Shown here one piece after another: positions 26,656-35,257 of a stretch of 64,000 nt of DNA. The stretch is from contig JAILBQ010000111.1 of assembly GCA_024680815.1 (NCBI GenBank), positions 8,600 through 72,599 of the forward strand, in the 5' to 3' direction. How positions within the stretch are numbered: the stretch's first letter is position 1; the number at the start of each line of letters is the position of its first letter. Source of the stretch: Lachnospiraceae bacterium. GTDB taxonomy: Bacteria > Bacillota > Clostridia > Lachnospirales > Lachnospiraceae. The notes below the pieces were generated by a model that was not told the origin of the DNA, made no database searches, and was given only the letters and a program-made list of their open reading frames with translations. The position numbers were made by a program, and so were the translations under genes.

Positions 26656-27624
26656 ATGAATTCTTCCGGTTCAAAGAGCGGACTAAACAGAATTTTCGGA
26701 CGTTACACAGGCGCTGTTATCCTTGTGGGTCTTATTCTGGTTTCGTATGTGATATTCAAAATTCTCCGTCCCGAAACCTTCGGCCAGCCGAATCAGGTGC
26801 TGGCATACTTCCAGCAGTGTCTTATCGATTCGGTGGGAGCTGTCGGTCTGTATTTTATAATTGTCATGGGGCTTTTCGATTTTTCCCTGGGTGCAAACTG
26901 TATACTCTGCGCCATTGTGGGAACCGTATTCATGAAAGATCTGGGATTGGGCTATGCCGGTTTCCTCATTGCTCCGATTGTCTGCGGAGCTTTGGTGGGA
27001 CTCATTAACGGTATTGCATATATAAAGCTGCACATTCCGTCTATGATAGTCACCACCGGGCTGGCCCTGATTTATGAGTCTGTGGGCTACTATGTCAGCG
27101 GGGATGTCCAGGCGTTTCTTACAAAGGAACAGACCTTTTTCGGACATGTTCCCGGAAATCTGATTATCGCCTGCTTCGCTTTCCTTTTATCATATGTTCT
27201 GCTGGTGTATACAAAGGTAGGTACCTATGCCTACGCTATCGGCTCCAATGAAGCCGTGGCAAAAAACATGGGCATAGACGTTAAAAAATATAAGGTGCTG
27301 ACCTTTGTGATCACCGGGTTTTTTGACGGTCTTATGGGAATACTTGCGATTTCCTACGGTTCTTCAATGGCGGCCATTACGGGCATGGCTTCCATGAGCA
27401 GGAACTTTGCTCCTACCATGGGATGTTTCTTCGGATTGGCTTTCCGGCAGTACGGGATACCGATTCCGGCAATAATCGTGGGTGAGTTTCTTATTCAGAT
27501 AGTATACAACGGATTTGTTACACTGGGAGCCCCTACGGCCGTGCAGAATGTGGTTACGGGCGTGGCGCTGCTTCTGGTTGTTGCGTTTACCATGAAACCG
27601 GTTAAGGGTGAAATAGTCAAGTAA
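26656..27624 (+). CDS. Sugar ABC transporter permease (CUT2)
   Basis: Multi-TM; FDFSLG, GALVGLING, IPSMIVTTG, AYAIGSNEAVAKNMGIDV. Confidence 0.92.
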   Translation: MNSSGSKSGLNRIFGRYTGAVILVGLILVSYVIFKILRPETFGQPNQVLAYFQQCLIDSVGAVGLYFIIVMGLFDFSLGANCILCAIVGTVFMKDLGLGYAGFLIAPIVCGALVGLINGIAYIKLHIPSMIVTTGLALIYESVGYYVSGDVQAFLTKEQTFFGHVPGNLIIACFAFLLSYVLLVYTKVGTYAYAIGSNEAVAKNMGIDVKKYKVLTFVITGFFDGLMGILAISYGSSMAAITGMASMSRNFAPTMGCFFGLAFRQYGIPIPAIIVGEFLIQIVYNGFVTLGAPTAVQNVVTGVALLLVVAFTMKPVKGEIVK

Positions 27625-27639
27625 GGAGGTTTCATCGAT

Positions 27640-29142
27640 ATGCCAGATGTCAGACTGCAGGCCATAGACGTATGCAAGACCTTCGGCGTTATAAAGGCTG
27701 TTCAGAATGTTTCCATAGACTTTTATAAGGGTGAGGTTCACGGCCTTATCGGTGAAAACGGTTCGGGAAAATCCACTCTTATGCATACGCTTACCGGGAT
27801 TTTTTCATCAGACAGCGGAAGATTCATTCTGGACGGAAAGGAAGTACATGTAAAAAATCAGGTGGAAGCCAACAAAGAAGGCATCTCCATTATAGTTCAG
27901 GAGCTCGGAACCCTGTCGGGACTCACTGTTGCCGAAAACATTTTTTTAGGTCATGAGGACAGGTTTGTAAAATTCGGAATCAAAAACACCAACGCAATGG
28001 TGAAGGAAGCCGACGAGCTCTTAAAAAAGTACGGGTTTGAGCGGATTCATGCCGCTGATATGATCGACCGGTACAATTTCGAGGACAGAAAGCTTATAGA
28101 GATCGTAAAATCCACGTATTTTTCACCGAAAGTGGTGGTTATTGACGAGACCACGACAGCTCTTTCCCAGGAAGGAAGAGAAGAGCTCTATAAGCATATG
28201 AAGCGCATAAAGGAAGAGGGAAATACGGTAATCTTCATTTCCCATGACCTGTCGGAGGTTCTCTCTAAGTGTGACAGAGTGTCCGTGCTGAGGGATGGTG
28301 TTTATATTGATACGGTAAACGCCGCTGATGTTACCGAGGATGATCTTAAAAAACTCATGGTGGGGCGTGAACTGGGGGAACACTATTACAGAGAGGATTA
28401 CGGCGAAAAGATATCCGACGAGGTGGTTCTGACCGTGCGTAACGTGACGGTTCCCGGAATAATCCATGACGTGAGCTTTGAGCTTCATAAAGGGGAGATC
28501 TTAGGCTTCGGAGGTCTTTCGGAATGCGGTATGCATGAGCTGGGAAAAGCCGTGTTCGGAGCCTCCTATGACAGGGAGGGATCTGTAACCCTGGCTGACG
28601 GAACTGAGATAGACTCCATCATAAAAGCCATAAAGCACAGCATAGCCTATGCCTCAAAGGACAGGGACAATGAATCCATAGTTATAAATGAGAGCATCGG
28701 CGATAATATCTGCCTGCCCTCCCTTGACGAGCTGGGCGGCAGCGCTCATGTTCTCATAGATAAAAAGCTTAAGGAATTTGCCGAAAAGCAGGCGAAGGAA
28801 ATGAACGTAAAGATGGTGGATACGGAGCAGTTCGTGTCTGAGCTTTCCGGCGGAAATAAGCAGAAGGTCGTGCTAGCGCGCTGGATAGGAAAGAATTCGG
28901 ACATCATAGTGCTGGACAGTCCCACCAGGGGAATCGACGTGAAGGTTAAAGCCGATATTTATGCCCTTATGGATGAAATGAGAAAGAACGGCAAGTCCAT
29001 AATTATGATATCCGAAGAAATAATGGAGCTCATCGGAATGTGTGACCGCATAATAATTATGAAAGACGGCAGAAACAGCGGTGAAGAGCTTCTTCGGAAT
29101 CCTGAGCTTACCGAAAATGATCTCATAGCAAAGATGGTTTAA
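27640..29142 (+). CDS. Sugar ABC transporter ATP-binding protein (tandem NBD)
   Basis: GENGSGKST, VIDETT, LSGGNKQKV, LDSPTRGIDV. Confidence 0.96.
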   Translation: MPDVRLQAIDVCKTFGVIKAVQNVSIDFYKGEVHGLIGENGSGKSTLMHTLTGIFSSDSGRFILDGKEVHVKNQVEANKEGISIIVQELGTLSGLTVAENIFLGHEDRFVKFGIKNTNAMVKEADELLKKYGFERIHAADMIDRYNFEDRKLIEIVKSTYFSPKVVVIDETTTALSQEGREELYKHMKRIKEEGNTVIFISHDLSEVLSKCDRVSVLRDGVYIDTVNAADVTEDDLKKLMVGRELGEHYYREDYGEKISDEVVLTVRNVTVPGIIHDVSFELHKGEILGFGGLSECGMHELGKAVFGASYDREGSVTLADGTEIDSIIKAIKHSIAYASKDRDNESIVINESIGDNICLPSLDELGGSAHVLIDKKLKEFAEKQAKEMNVKMVDTEQFVSELSGGNKQKVVLARWIGKNSDIIVLDSPTRGIDVKVKADIYALMDEMRKNGKSIIMISEEIMELIGMCDRIIIMKDGRNSGEELLRNPELTENDLIAKMV

Positions 29143-29152
29143 GGAGGATGAA

Positions 29153-30142
29153 ATGGCTGGTGGTGATACATCAAAAAATGAAGCCCTTTCAATCGAAACG
29201 AATGCTTTAAAAAGAGCGGTGCTGGCTTCAAGGATCAGAGCCATACTTCCGGTCATCGGTCTTGTGGCGATCTCTTTGATTTTTAATATTCTGTCGGCAG
29301 GAAAGCTTCTGGCTCCTTCGAATATAAAGCTCTTAATGTCCCAGGTCTATGTGACCATGATAGCTGCAACCGGAGTGTTTTTCATAATGACAATGGGAGG
29401 TCTGGATTTTTCACAGGGTTCCATTCTCGGTGTGGCAGCCCTCGTATTCTGCTTTTTGTCAAAATACAATGTTCCGATCGCGATACTCGGAGGCATTCTT
29501 GCCGGAGCCTGCATAGGGGCGGTTAACGGTTTCTTCTATGTGAAGCGTAAGGTGAAGAGCTTTGTTGTTACGATATGTACAATGTTCCTTTTCAGGGGAG
29601 CGATAGAATTTGCAACCACAAACGCTCCGGTTCAGGGCGACATAGTTAAAACGGTCGCACTCAATAATGACAGACTGAAAATAACCATTACGCTCATAGT
29701 TCTTGTGGTGGCGTTCTTCTTTTTCAGATTTACAAAATTCGGAAAATATCTGAAGGCCATCGGGGCGGGAGAAAAGGCAGCGGCCTTTTCCGGAGTGGAA
29801 ACGGATAAGATGAAGTTCTGGGTATATGTGCTCTCCGGAGCAATAACGGGACTTGCCGCATTTATAAATGTGATAAAGGTGGGATCTGTTACGGCTAATT
29901 CCGGAAGCCAGCTTGAAACGAGGATCATGATAGCGCTGGTTATAGGCGGTATGCCTATTTCAGGCGGCTCCAAGGTCCGGTTTGAAAACGTGGTTGTAGG
30001 TTCCCTTCTTTACATTATCCTGAGCGCGGGCCTGGTTGCGCTGGGACTTACACCCGCCATGCAGCAGCTTATTGAAGGCGTTGTATTCCTTATTGTTGTT
30101 GCAATAACGAGTGACCGCAACTCGGTACAGGTAGTAAAGTAA
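29153..30142 (+). CDS. Sugar ABC transporter permease (CUT2)
   Basis: GGLDFSQGS, GAVNG, KAIGAGEKAAAFSGV, ALVIGGMPISGG. Confidence 0.92.
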   Translation: MAGGDTSKNEALSIETNALKRAVLASRIRAILPVIGLVAISLIFNILSAGKLLAPSNIKLLMSQVYVTMIAATGVFFIMTMGGLDFSQGSILGVAALVFCFLSKYNVPIAILGGILAGACIGAVNGFFYVKRKVKSFVVTICTMFLFRGAIEFATTNAPVQGDIVKTVALNNDRLKITITLIVLVVAFFFFRFTKFGKYLKAIGAGEKAAAFSGVETDKMKFWVYVLSGAITGLAAFINVIKVGSVTANSGSQLETRIMIALVIGGMPISGGSKVRFENVVVGSLLYIILSAGLVALGLTPAMQQLIEGVVFLIVVAITSDRNSVQVVK

Positions 30143-30167
30143 CTTAACAGTTTTTTGTTTCCTCCTG

Positions 30168-30202
30168 AAAAAAAGCTGCACCGTTAAGGTGTAGCTTTTT
30201 TT
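30168..30202. terminator. Bidirectional intrinsic terminator between ABC1 and gntR
   Basis: A7-GCTGCACC-GTTAA-GGTGTAGC-T7. Confidence 0.9.
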
Positions 30203-30258
30203 CGACTTTAATTTGAAAGGGGGGATGTAATTATCAGGGAGATTTTCCGGACTTTCGT

Positions 30259-30948
30259 TTAATCGGAAAAATATTTGTAGTTCTGTCCGATGTGTTCCCG
30301 CATAATCTGTTCGGCCAGGGCTTCGTTTCTCTTTTTCATGGCACTGATAATTTTCCTGTGGTAGTCCAGCGCCGGCTTGTAGCCCATCTTTTCTATAACG
30401 GAGTACATGGACTCCTTAAGCACGTTCAGAAGAATATCATAGGCCTTTATTATCATCGGATTGCCGGAAAGCTTTACTATGACCATATGAAATTTCAGAT
30501 CATAGTGTGAAAAGGATTTTCCGTTGTCCTCGGAGGCAGCTTTTTTCATCTTGTCAAGCAGATCCTCAAGATGTTTAAGGCTCTTGGCGTCCGCAATCGG
30601 AGTGGCGATCCGTACGCTGGCGGATTCAATCATTTCACGGAACTGGAAAACATGAACCTGCGAGGGCTTTCCTATATACATAAGGGGGATAAGCTCGTTA
30701 AGGGAATCCTCCAGATTGAGCTCGCGGACATAGGAGCCTGAACCGGTACGGGTTTCTATGAGCCCCAGGGCTTTCAGCTTCTGCATCGCCTGACGGATGG
30801 TCATGCGGCTGACACCGAAGGTAGCCGACAGCTCATTTTCGGAGGGCAGCTTGTCGCCGGAACGCCAGGTTCCTTCTATAAGAAGCTGCTGCATCTGATC
30901 AAAGACCTGTTCCACTACATTGATTTTCTGGATTGGCTGAATATTCAT
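30259..30948 (-). CDS. GntR/FadR-family transcriptional regulator
   Basis: GDKLPSENELSATFGVSRMTIRQA...GSGSYV; FCD domain DLKFH...NP...HRKI...EH. Confidence 0.96.
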   Translation of the reverse strand: MNIQPIQKINVVEQVFDQMQQLLIEGTWRSGDKLPSENELSATFGVSRMTIRQAMQKLKALGLIETRTGSGSYVRELNLEDSLNELIPLMYIGKPSQVHVFQFREMIESASVRIATPIADAKSLKHLEDLLDKMKKAASEDNGKSFSHYDLKFHMVIVKLSGNPMIIKAYDILLNVLKESMYSVIEKMGYKPALDYHRKIISAMKKRNEALAEQIMREHIGQNYKYFSD

Positions 30949-30987
30949 AATGACCTTTCAAAATGTGTAATGCTGTCAACCGGTTAC

Positions 30988-31040
30988 CTGTCTTACAAGT
31001 TATCATTTCTTATTATAACTGCACTGATTGAATATGTCAA
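30988..31040 (-). promoter_or_regulatory. gntR promoter with a downstream operator-like site
   Basis: Minus strand TTGACA(31040-31035)-17-TATAAT(31017-31012), then TTGTAAGACAG (30998-30988). Confidence 0.8.
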
Positions 31041-31106
31041 AAGGAAAATCTGATTTTTGGTAATTGTGCAAGAAAAAAGTGGTCAATGATAGTACATTTT
31101 AACCAA

Positions 31107-31178
31107 TTGACAATTTCACAACGGACAGATAAAATGGACTTAACCTGTTATACAGCTTACGGCTTTACAACATACAAC
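31107..31178 (+). promoter_or_regulatory. Promoter plus operator-like array upstream of the transketolase-garR operon
   Basis: TTGACA(31107)-17-TAAAAT(31130); CTGTTATACAG at 31145; heptamers ATACAGC, TTACGGC, TTACAAC, ATACAAC. Confidence 0.85.
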
Positions 31179-31241
31179 TTATTTCGGGAGTGTTTCCCGG
31201 AATACCAAAAACAGCTATGAACCGGTGGAGGGAAAATAATC

Positions 31242-32063
31242 ATGGCGTACAGCGAAGAACTGATCAGATCATTAAAGGAAAAAGGTCAGGTGCTCAGACG
31301 CGACTGCATAAAGTGCATCGGCGTGGGCGTGGCCGGTCATGTGGGAGGGAGCTGCTCGAGTGCTGATCTTGTAGCTGCTCTGTATTTCCACAAGATGAAG
31401 GTGGATCCGAAGAATCCGGAGTGGGAGGAGAGGGATTATTTCCTTCTTTCCAAGGGGCATGTGGCGATTCTGCAGTATGCGGCCCTGGCAGAGAAAGGAT
31501 ATTTCCCGGTAGAGGATCTTCCTCATTGCAAGGATATAGGATTTTATCTTCAGGGTCATCCCCATCTCGGAATTCCCGGGATCGAAGCCGGCACAGGCTC
31601 CCTGGGACAGGGACTTTCCCTTGGCTCCGGCATGGCGATAGGTCTTAAAATGGACGGCAAACCCAACCGGGTATATGTGCTGGTAGGCGACGGCGAAATG
31701 GACGAGGGACAGATCTGGGAAGCGGCCATGTCCTCAAGCGCCAAGAAGCTGGACAATCTCTGCGCGATTATAGACAACAACGGCCTGCAGGCCATGGGTG
31801 TCATCAAGGACAGGCTTCCCAACGAACCGGTAGCCGATAAATGGAAGGCCTTCGGCTGGAACGTTATCGAAATCGACGGTCATAATATGGAAGAAATTCT
31901 TGAGGCGCTGGATGAGGCGGAAAAATTCAAAGGCGCTCCCACCGCAATAGTGGCTCATACAGTTAAGGGCAAGGGCATCAGCTTTGCGGAGAATCAGGTA
32001 GGCTACCACAACAGAGCCCTGACCCAGGAAGAGTTTGACAAGGCTATGGAAGAGCTTGCATAA
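31242..32063 (+). CDS. Transketolase, N-terminal (TPP-binding) subunit
   Basis: GHVGGSCS, FLLSKGH, LQGHP, TGSLGQG, VGDGEMDEGQIWEA, DNNGLQ. Confidence 0.96.
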   Translation: MAYSEELIRSLKEKGQVLRRDCIKCIGVGVAGHVGGSCSSADLVAALYFHKMKVDPKNPEWEERDYFLLSKGHVAILQYAALAEKGYFPVEDLPHCKDIGFYLQGHPHLGIPGIEAGTGSLGQGLSLGSGMAIGLKMDGKPNRVYVLVGDGEMDEGQIWEAAMSSSAKKLDNLCAIIDNNGLQAMGVIKDRLPNEPVADKWKAFGWNVIEIDGHNMEEILEALDEAEKFKGAPTAIVAHTVKGKGISFAENQVGYHNRALTQEEFDKAMEELA

Positions 32064-32080
32064 GAAAAGGAGAAAAAATA

Positions 32081-33016
32081 ATGGCTGAAACAAATCAAAG
32101 AAATGCATATGGCAAGACACTTGTGGAGCTCTGCCGTGAAAACAAAAATATCGTAGCCCTTGATGCCGATCTGGGCGGCTCAACTATGGGGAAGATGGTG
32201 GAAATAGAGCCCGGTATGGAGGAAAGACATATCGAAATGGGAATTGCCGAGGCAAATATGATTTCCACCGCCGGAGGTCTGGCGAGAGTCGGGAAAATTC
32301 CGTTCTGCAGCTCGTTCGCGGTGTTTACTGCGGGAAGAGCCTTCGACCAGATCAGACAGTCCATCGCCATCGGAAAGCTTAATGTTAAAATATGCGGTTC
32401 CTCGGCAGGATGCTCGGACTTCGGAGACGGGGCGACCCATCAGTCCGTGGATGACATCGCATATATGAGGGTTATTCCCAACATGAGCGTGTTTGTTCCG
32501 GCGGATGCCAACGAGACAGTGGCTGTCATAAAATATATGGCAAGTCATGAGGGACCCATGTATATGCGTGTTAACCGCAATCCGTACGATAACGTAACAC
32601 CGGAAGGCGCCGAGTTTGTTCCCGGCGAACCGGTCGTGCTTAAGGAGGGCACGGATGTGGCGGTTTTTGCCTGCGGAATAATGGTTATCAAGGCTCTGGA
32701 GGCCGCGAAGGCCCTGGAGGGGAAAATTTCCGTAAAGGTAGTCAATGTACGTTCCATCAAGCCCCTTAACCGGGAGAGCGTTATAGATATTGCAAAGAGT
32801 GTAAAGGGCTGCGTGACCGCCGAAGAGCACAGCATTATCGGCGGCCTGGGCGGCGCGATTTCCGAAGCTCTACGTCTGGAACGCGTACCGGTGGAGTTTG
32901 TGGGAATCAATGACAGATTCGGTTCTTCCGCTCATAATTACAAGGATATCCTCGATTATCTCGGGCTGACCTCCGATCATATTGTGGAAGCGGTTGAAAA
33001 GATTAATTCGCTGTAA
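32081..33016 (+). CDS. Transketolase, C-terminal subunit
   Basis: LDADLGGST, EMGIAEANM, RAFDQIR, DGATHQS, YMRVNR, TAEEHSIIGGLG. Confidence 0.96.
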   Translation: MAETNQRNAYGKTLVELCRENKNIVALDADLGGSTMGKMVEIEPGMEERHIEMGIAEANMISTAGGLARVGKIPFCSSFAVFTAGRAFDQIRQSIAIGKLNVKICGSSAGCSDFGDGATHQSVDDIAYMRVIPNMSVFVPADANETVAVIKYMASHEGPMYMRVNRNPYDNVTPEGAEFVPGEPVVLKEGTDVAVFACGIMVIKALEAAKALEGKISVKVVNVRSIKPLNRESVIDIAKSVKGCVTAEEHSIIGGLGGAISEALRLERVPVEFVGINDRFGSSAHNYKDILDYLGLTSDHIVEAVEKINSL

Positions 33017-33049
33017 TAAGGAGCTGTATAAAGAAAGGAGATATTTATC

Positions 33050-33946
33050 ATGAAGGTAGGTTTTGTAGGACTCGGAATTATGGGACGCCCCATGTGCAAG
33101 AATCTTCTGAAGGCGGGTTATGAGGTAACAGCCTTTGATCCGTTTGCGAAGGAAGCCTTGGACGATGTGGTGTCTGCCGGAGCGGCAAGGGGAGAGAGCA
33201 ATGCCGACGTGGCTTCTAAAAGCGACGTTGTGATTACGATGGTTCCCAATTCACCCCACGTCCGTGAAGCGATCTTCGGCGAAAAGGGTGTGGCGGAAGG
33301 CGCTAAGGCCGGACTTGACATCATCGACATGAGCTCCATTGCACCGCTTCAGTCAAAGGATATCGCGGAGAAATGCGCTGAGAAGGGCATCAATATGATG
33401 GATGCTCCGGTTTCCGGCGGAGAGCCCAAGGCGATCGACGGCACTCTTTCGATTATGTGCGGCGGCCCGAAGGCTCTGTTCGACAAGTATTCCGAGCTTC
33501 TGGGAGTTATGGGTGCCTCCGTTGTCCACTGCGGAGAGTTGAACGGAGCCGGTAACACCACAAAGCTTGCCAATCAGGTAATTGTAGCCGTAAATATCGC
33601 GGCCTGCGCTGAGGCCTATGAACTGGCTATTATGGCTGGTGTGGATCCCGAAAAGGTATTTGCCGCGATCCGCGGAGGACTTGCGGGCTCAACTGTTATG
33701 GATGCCAAGGTTCCCATGATGCTGGACGGCAATTTCAAGCCCGGCTTCCGTATCGACCTGCACATCAAGGATCTGAACAATGCTCTGGATACCGGCCACG
33801 GTGTCGGCACCCCGATGATTCTTACAAGCGCCGTGCAGGAGATGCTGCAGTGGCTGCATAACAATGACTGCGGCAGCGATGATCACAGCGCAATCCTTAA
33901 GTATTATGAAAAGCTCTCGGGAGTTGAGATGAGAAAAATTAAATAA
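33050..33946 (+). CDS. garR: 2-hydroxy-3-oxopropionate (tartronate semialdehyde) reductase
   Basis: GFVGLGIMGRPM, MVPNSPHV, DMSSIAP, DAPVSGGEPKAIDGTL, TKLANQVIV, FRIDLHIKDL; closely GarR-like. Confidence 0.9.
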   Translation: MKVGFVGLGIMGRPMCKNLLKAGYEVTAFDPFAKEALDDVVSAGAARGESNADVASKSDVVITMVPNSPHVREAIFGEKGVAEGAKAGLDIIDMSSIAPLQSKDIAEKCAEKGINMMDAPVSGGEPKAIDGTLSIMCGGPKALFDKYSELLGVMGASVVHCGELNGAGNTTKLANQVIVAVNIAACAEAYELAIMAGVDPEKVFAAIRGGLAGSTVMDAKVPMMLDGNFKPGFRIDLHIKDLNNALDTGHGVGTPMILTSAVQEMLQWLHNNDCGSDDHSAILKYYEKLSGVEMRKIK

Positions 33947-33974
33947 ATAACGGGGTGCATTTAATAAAAAATTG

Positions 33975-34029
33975 TTGCAAATTTAACAAAGCTCTGATAA
34001 AATCTGTTATACAGGATACAGTATAACAG
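33975..34029 (+). promoter_or_regulatory. Promoter plus palindromic operator-like site upstream of the ABC2-glycerate kinase operon
   Basis: TTGCAA(33975)-17-TAAAAT(33998); CTGTTATAC-AGGATACA-GTATAACAG at 34004-34029. Confidence 0.85.
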
Positions 34030-34124
34030 GTGCCATCCGGACATCGATGAAGCCGTGTGAAAAAACGAACCATTCACCGAAAGGTGGGTAAATATTAATC
34101 CAATAATTTTTTAAGGAGGTTAAC

Positions 34125-35165
34125 ATGAAAAACAAGTTACTCGCAACATTGATTACCGCAGCAATGACAGCTTCTCTTCTTGCAGGATGCACCGGCGCAG
34201 CGCCTGCAGAGAGCGCCGCTCCCGCAGCGGAGCCCGCAGCCGAGGCAGCGACAGAGGATGCCGCCCCCGCAGCGGATGCTTCTTCCGGAGATTCGGGAAA
34301 TCTTACGGTGGGCTTCAGCCAGTATGCTTCCTACAACAACTGGCGCGTGACCAACACGGACGATATCAACCGTGCGCTTAACGAGCAGGGCTGGAAGGTT
34401 ATCTTCGCCGATGCCAATGATGACACGGCCCAGCAGATTTCCGATCTGGAAGACATGATTGCCCAGCAGCCTGATTATCTCGTAATCGGTGCCCGCGAGC
34501 AGGAAGGCTATGAGAACGTTCTTCAGGAAGCGGCTGATGCGGGAATCAAGATCGTGCTTTTCGACCGCCTGGCGGATGGCCCTCATGATGTTCTGATTCA
34601 GGGCGACTATATCATGGAAGGTGAAAATGTAGGACAGGCTGTTGTGGATACCTTCGGCGATGACAAGGAGATCAATATCGTCGAGCTTACAGGAACACCC
34701 GGCGCGGACGTGACCGCCCAGCGTTCCGAAGGCTTCATGAACATCATTTCGCAGCATCCCAATTACAAGATTCTTGCTTCCCAGGTCGGAAACTTCTCCC
34801 GTACTGAGTCCCAGACGGCTATGGAGAATCTGATTCAGTCCTACGGCGATAAGATCGATGTTGTCTATGCTCATTCCGATGATAACGGCATCGGCGCCAT
34901 CAACGCCATCGAGGCTGCCGGACTTAAGGCCGGTGAAGATATTGAGGTCTTCGGTGTTGACGGAACCAAGGACGGCCTCCAGGCTATCGTGGACGGCAAG
35001 ATGAAGGCCACCTACCTCTGCAATCCTTTCTACGGCGACGCTATTGTTGATCTCATCAAGAGACTCGAAGCCGGAGAAACCTTTGAGGACAGAGAGATCC
35101 TTCAGGGCAAGCTCTACACCATCGACAACGCGCAGGCTTCTCTTGACGCCGGCGAGGGCTTCTAA
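34125..35165 (+). CDS. Sugar ABC transporter substrate-binding lipoprotein (YtfQ-like, ABC2)
   Basis: Lipobox LLAGC; VGFSQ...WRVTNT, AGIKIVLFDR, GTPGA...RSEGF, SQVGNFSR, DDNGIGAI, GVDG. Confidence 0.9.
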   Translation: MKNKLLATLITAAMTASLLAGCTGAAPAESAAPAAEPAAEAATEDAAPAADASSGDSGNLTVGFSQYASYNNWRVTNTDDINRALNEQGWKVIFADANDDTAQQISDLEDMIAQQPDYLVIGAREQEGYENVLQEAADAGIKIVLFDRLADGPHDVLIQGDYIMEGENVGQAVVDTFGDDKEINIVELTGTPGADVTAQRSEGFMNIISQHPNYKILASQVGNFSRTESQTAMENLIQSYGDKIDVVYAHSDDNGIGAINAIEAAGLKAGEDIEVFGVDGTKDGLQAIVDGKMKATYLCNPFYGDAIVDLIKRLEAGETFEDREILQGKLYTIDNAQASLDAGEGF

Positions 35166-35207
35166 GTATAATAAATTCTGTAAATAATTGCTATTTCATA
35201 ATGTGAG

Positions 35208-35236
35208 GTGGAGGAGCCTTTTGCTCCTCCACTTTT
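35208..35236 (+). terminator. Stem-loop with U-tract after the SBP2 gene
   Basis: GTGGAGGAGC-CTTTT-GCTCCTCCAC-TTTT. Confidence 0.75.
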
Positions 35237-35257
35237 AAAAAAGGGACAGGAAAAGAT

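Noticed and set aside
31242-33016. Assigning the island to the known apiose (AptAB) or sulfo-transketolase pathway
   Set aside because: The required isomerase, FGGY kinase, oxidoisomerase and sulfo-specific genes are not in the window.
34060-34095. AACCATTCACCGAAAGGTGGG as a possible c-di-GMP-I riboswitch
   Set aside because: Lacks GGCAAAC and the GGACGCAAAGC/P2 elements; only a GNRA hairpin is present.
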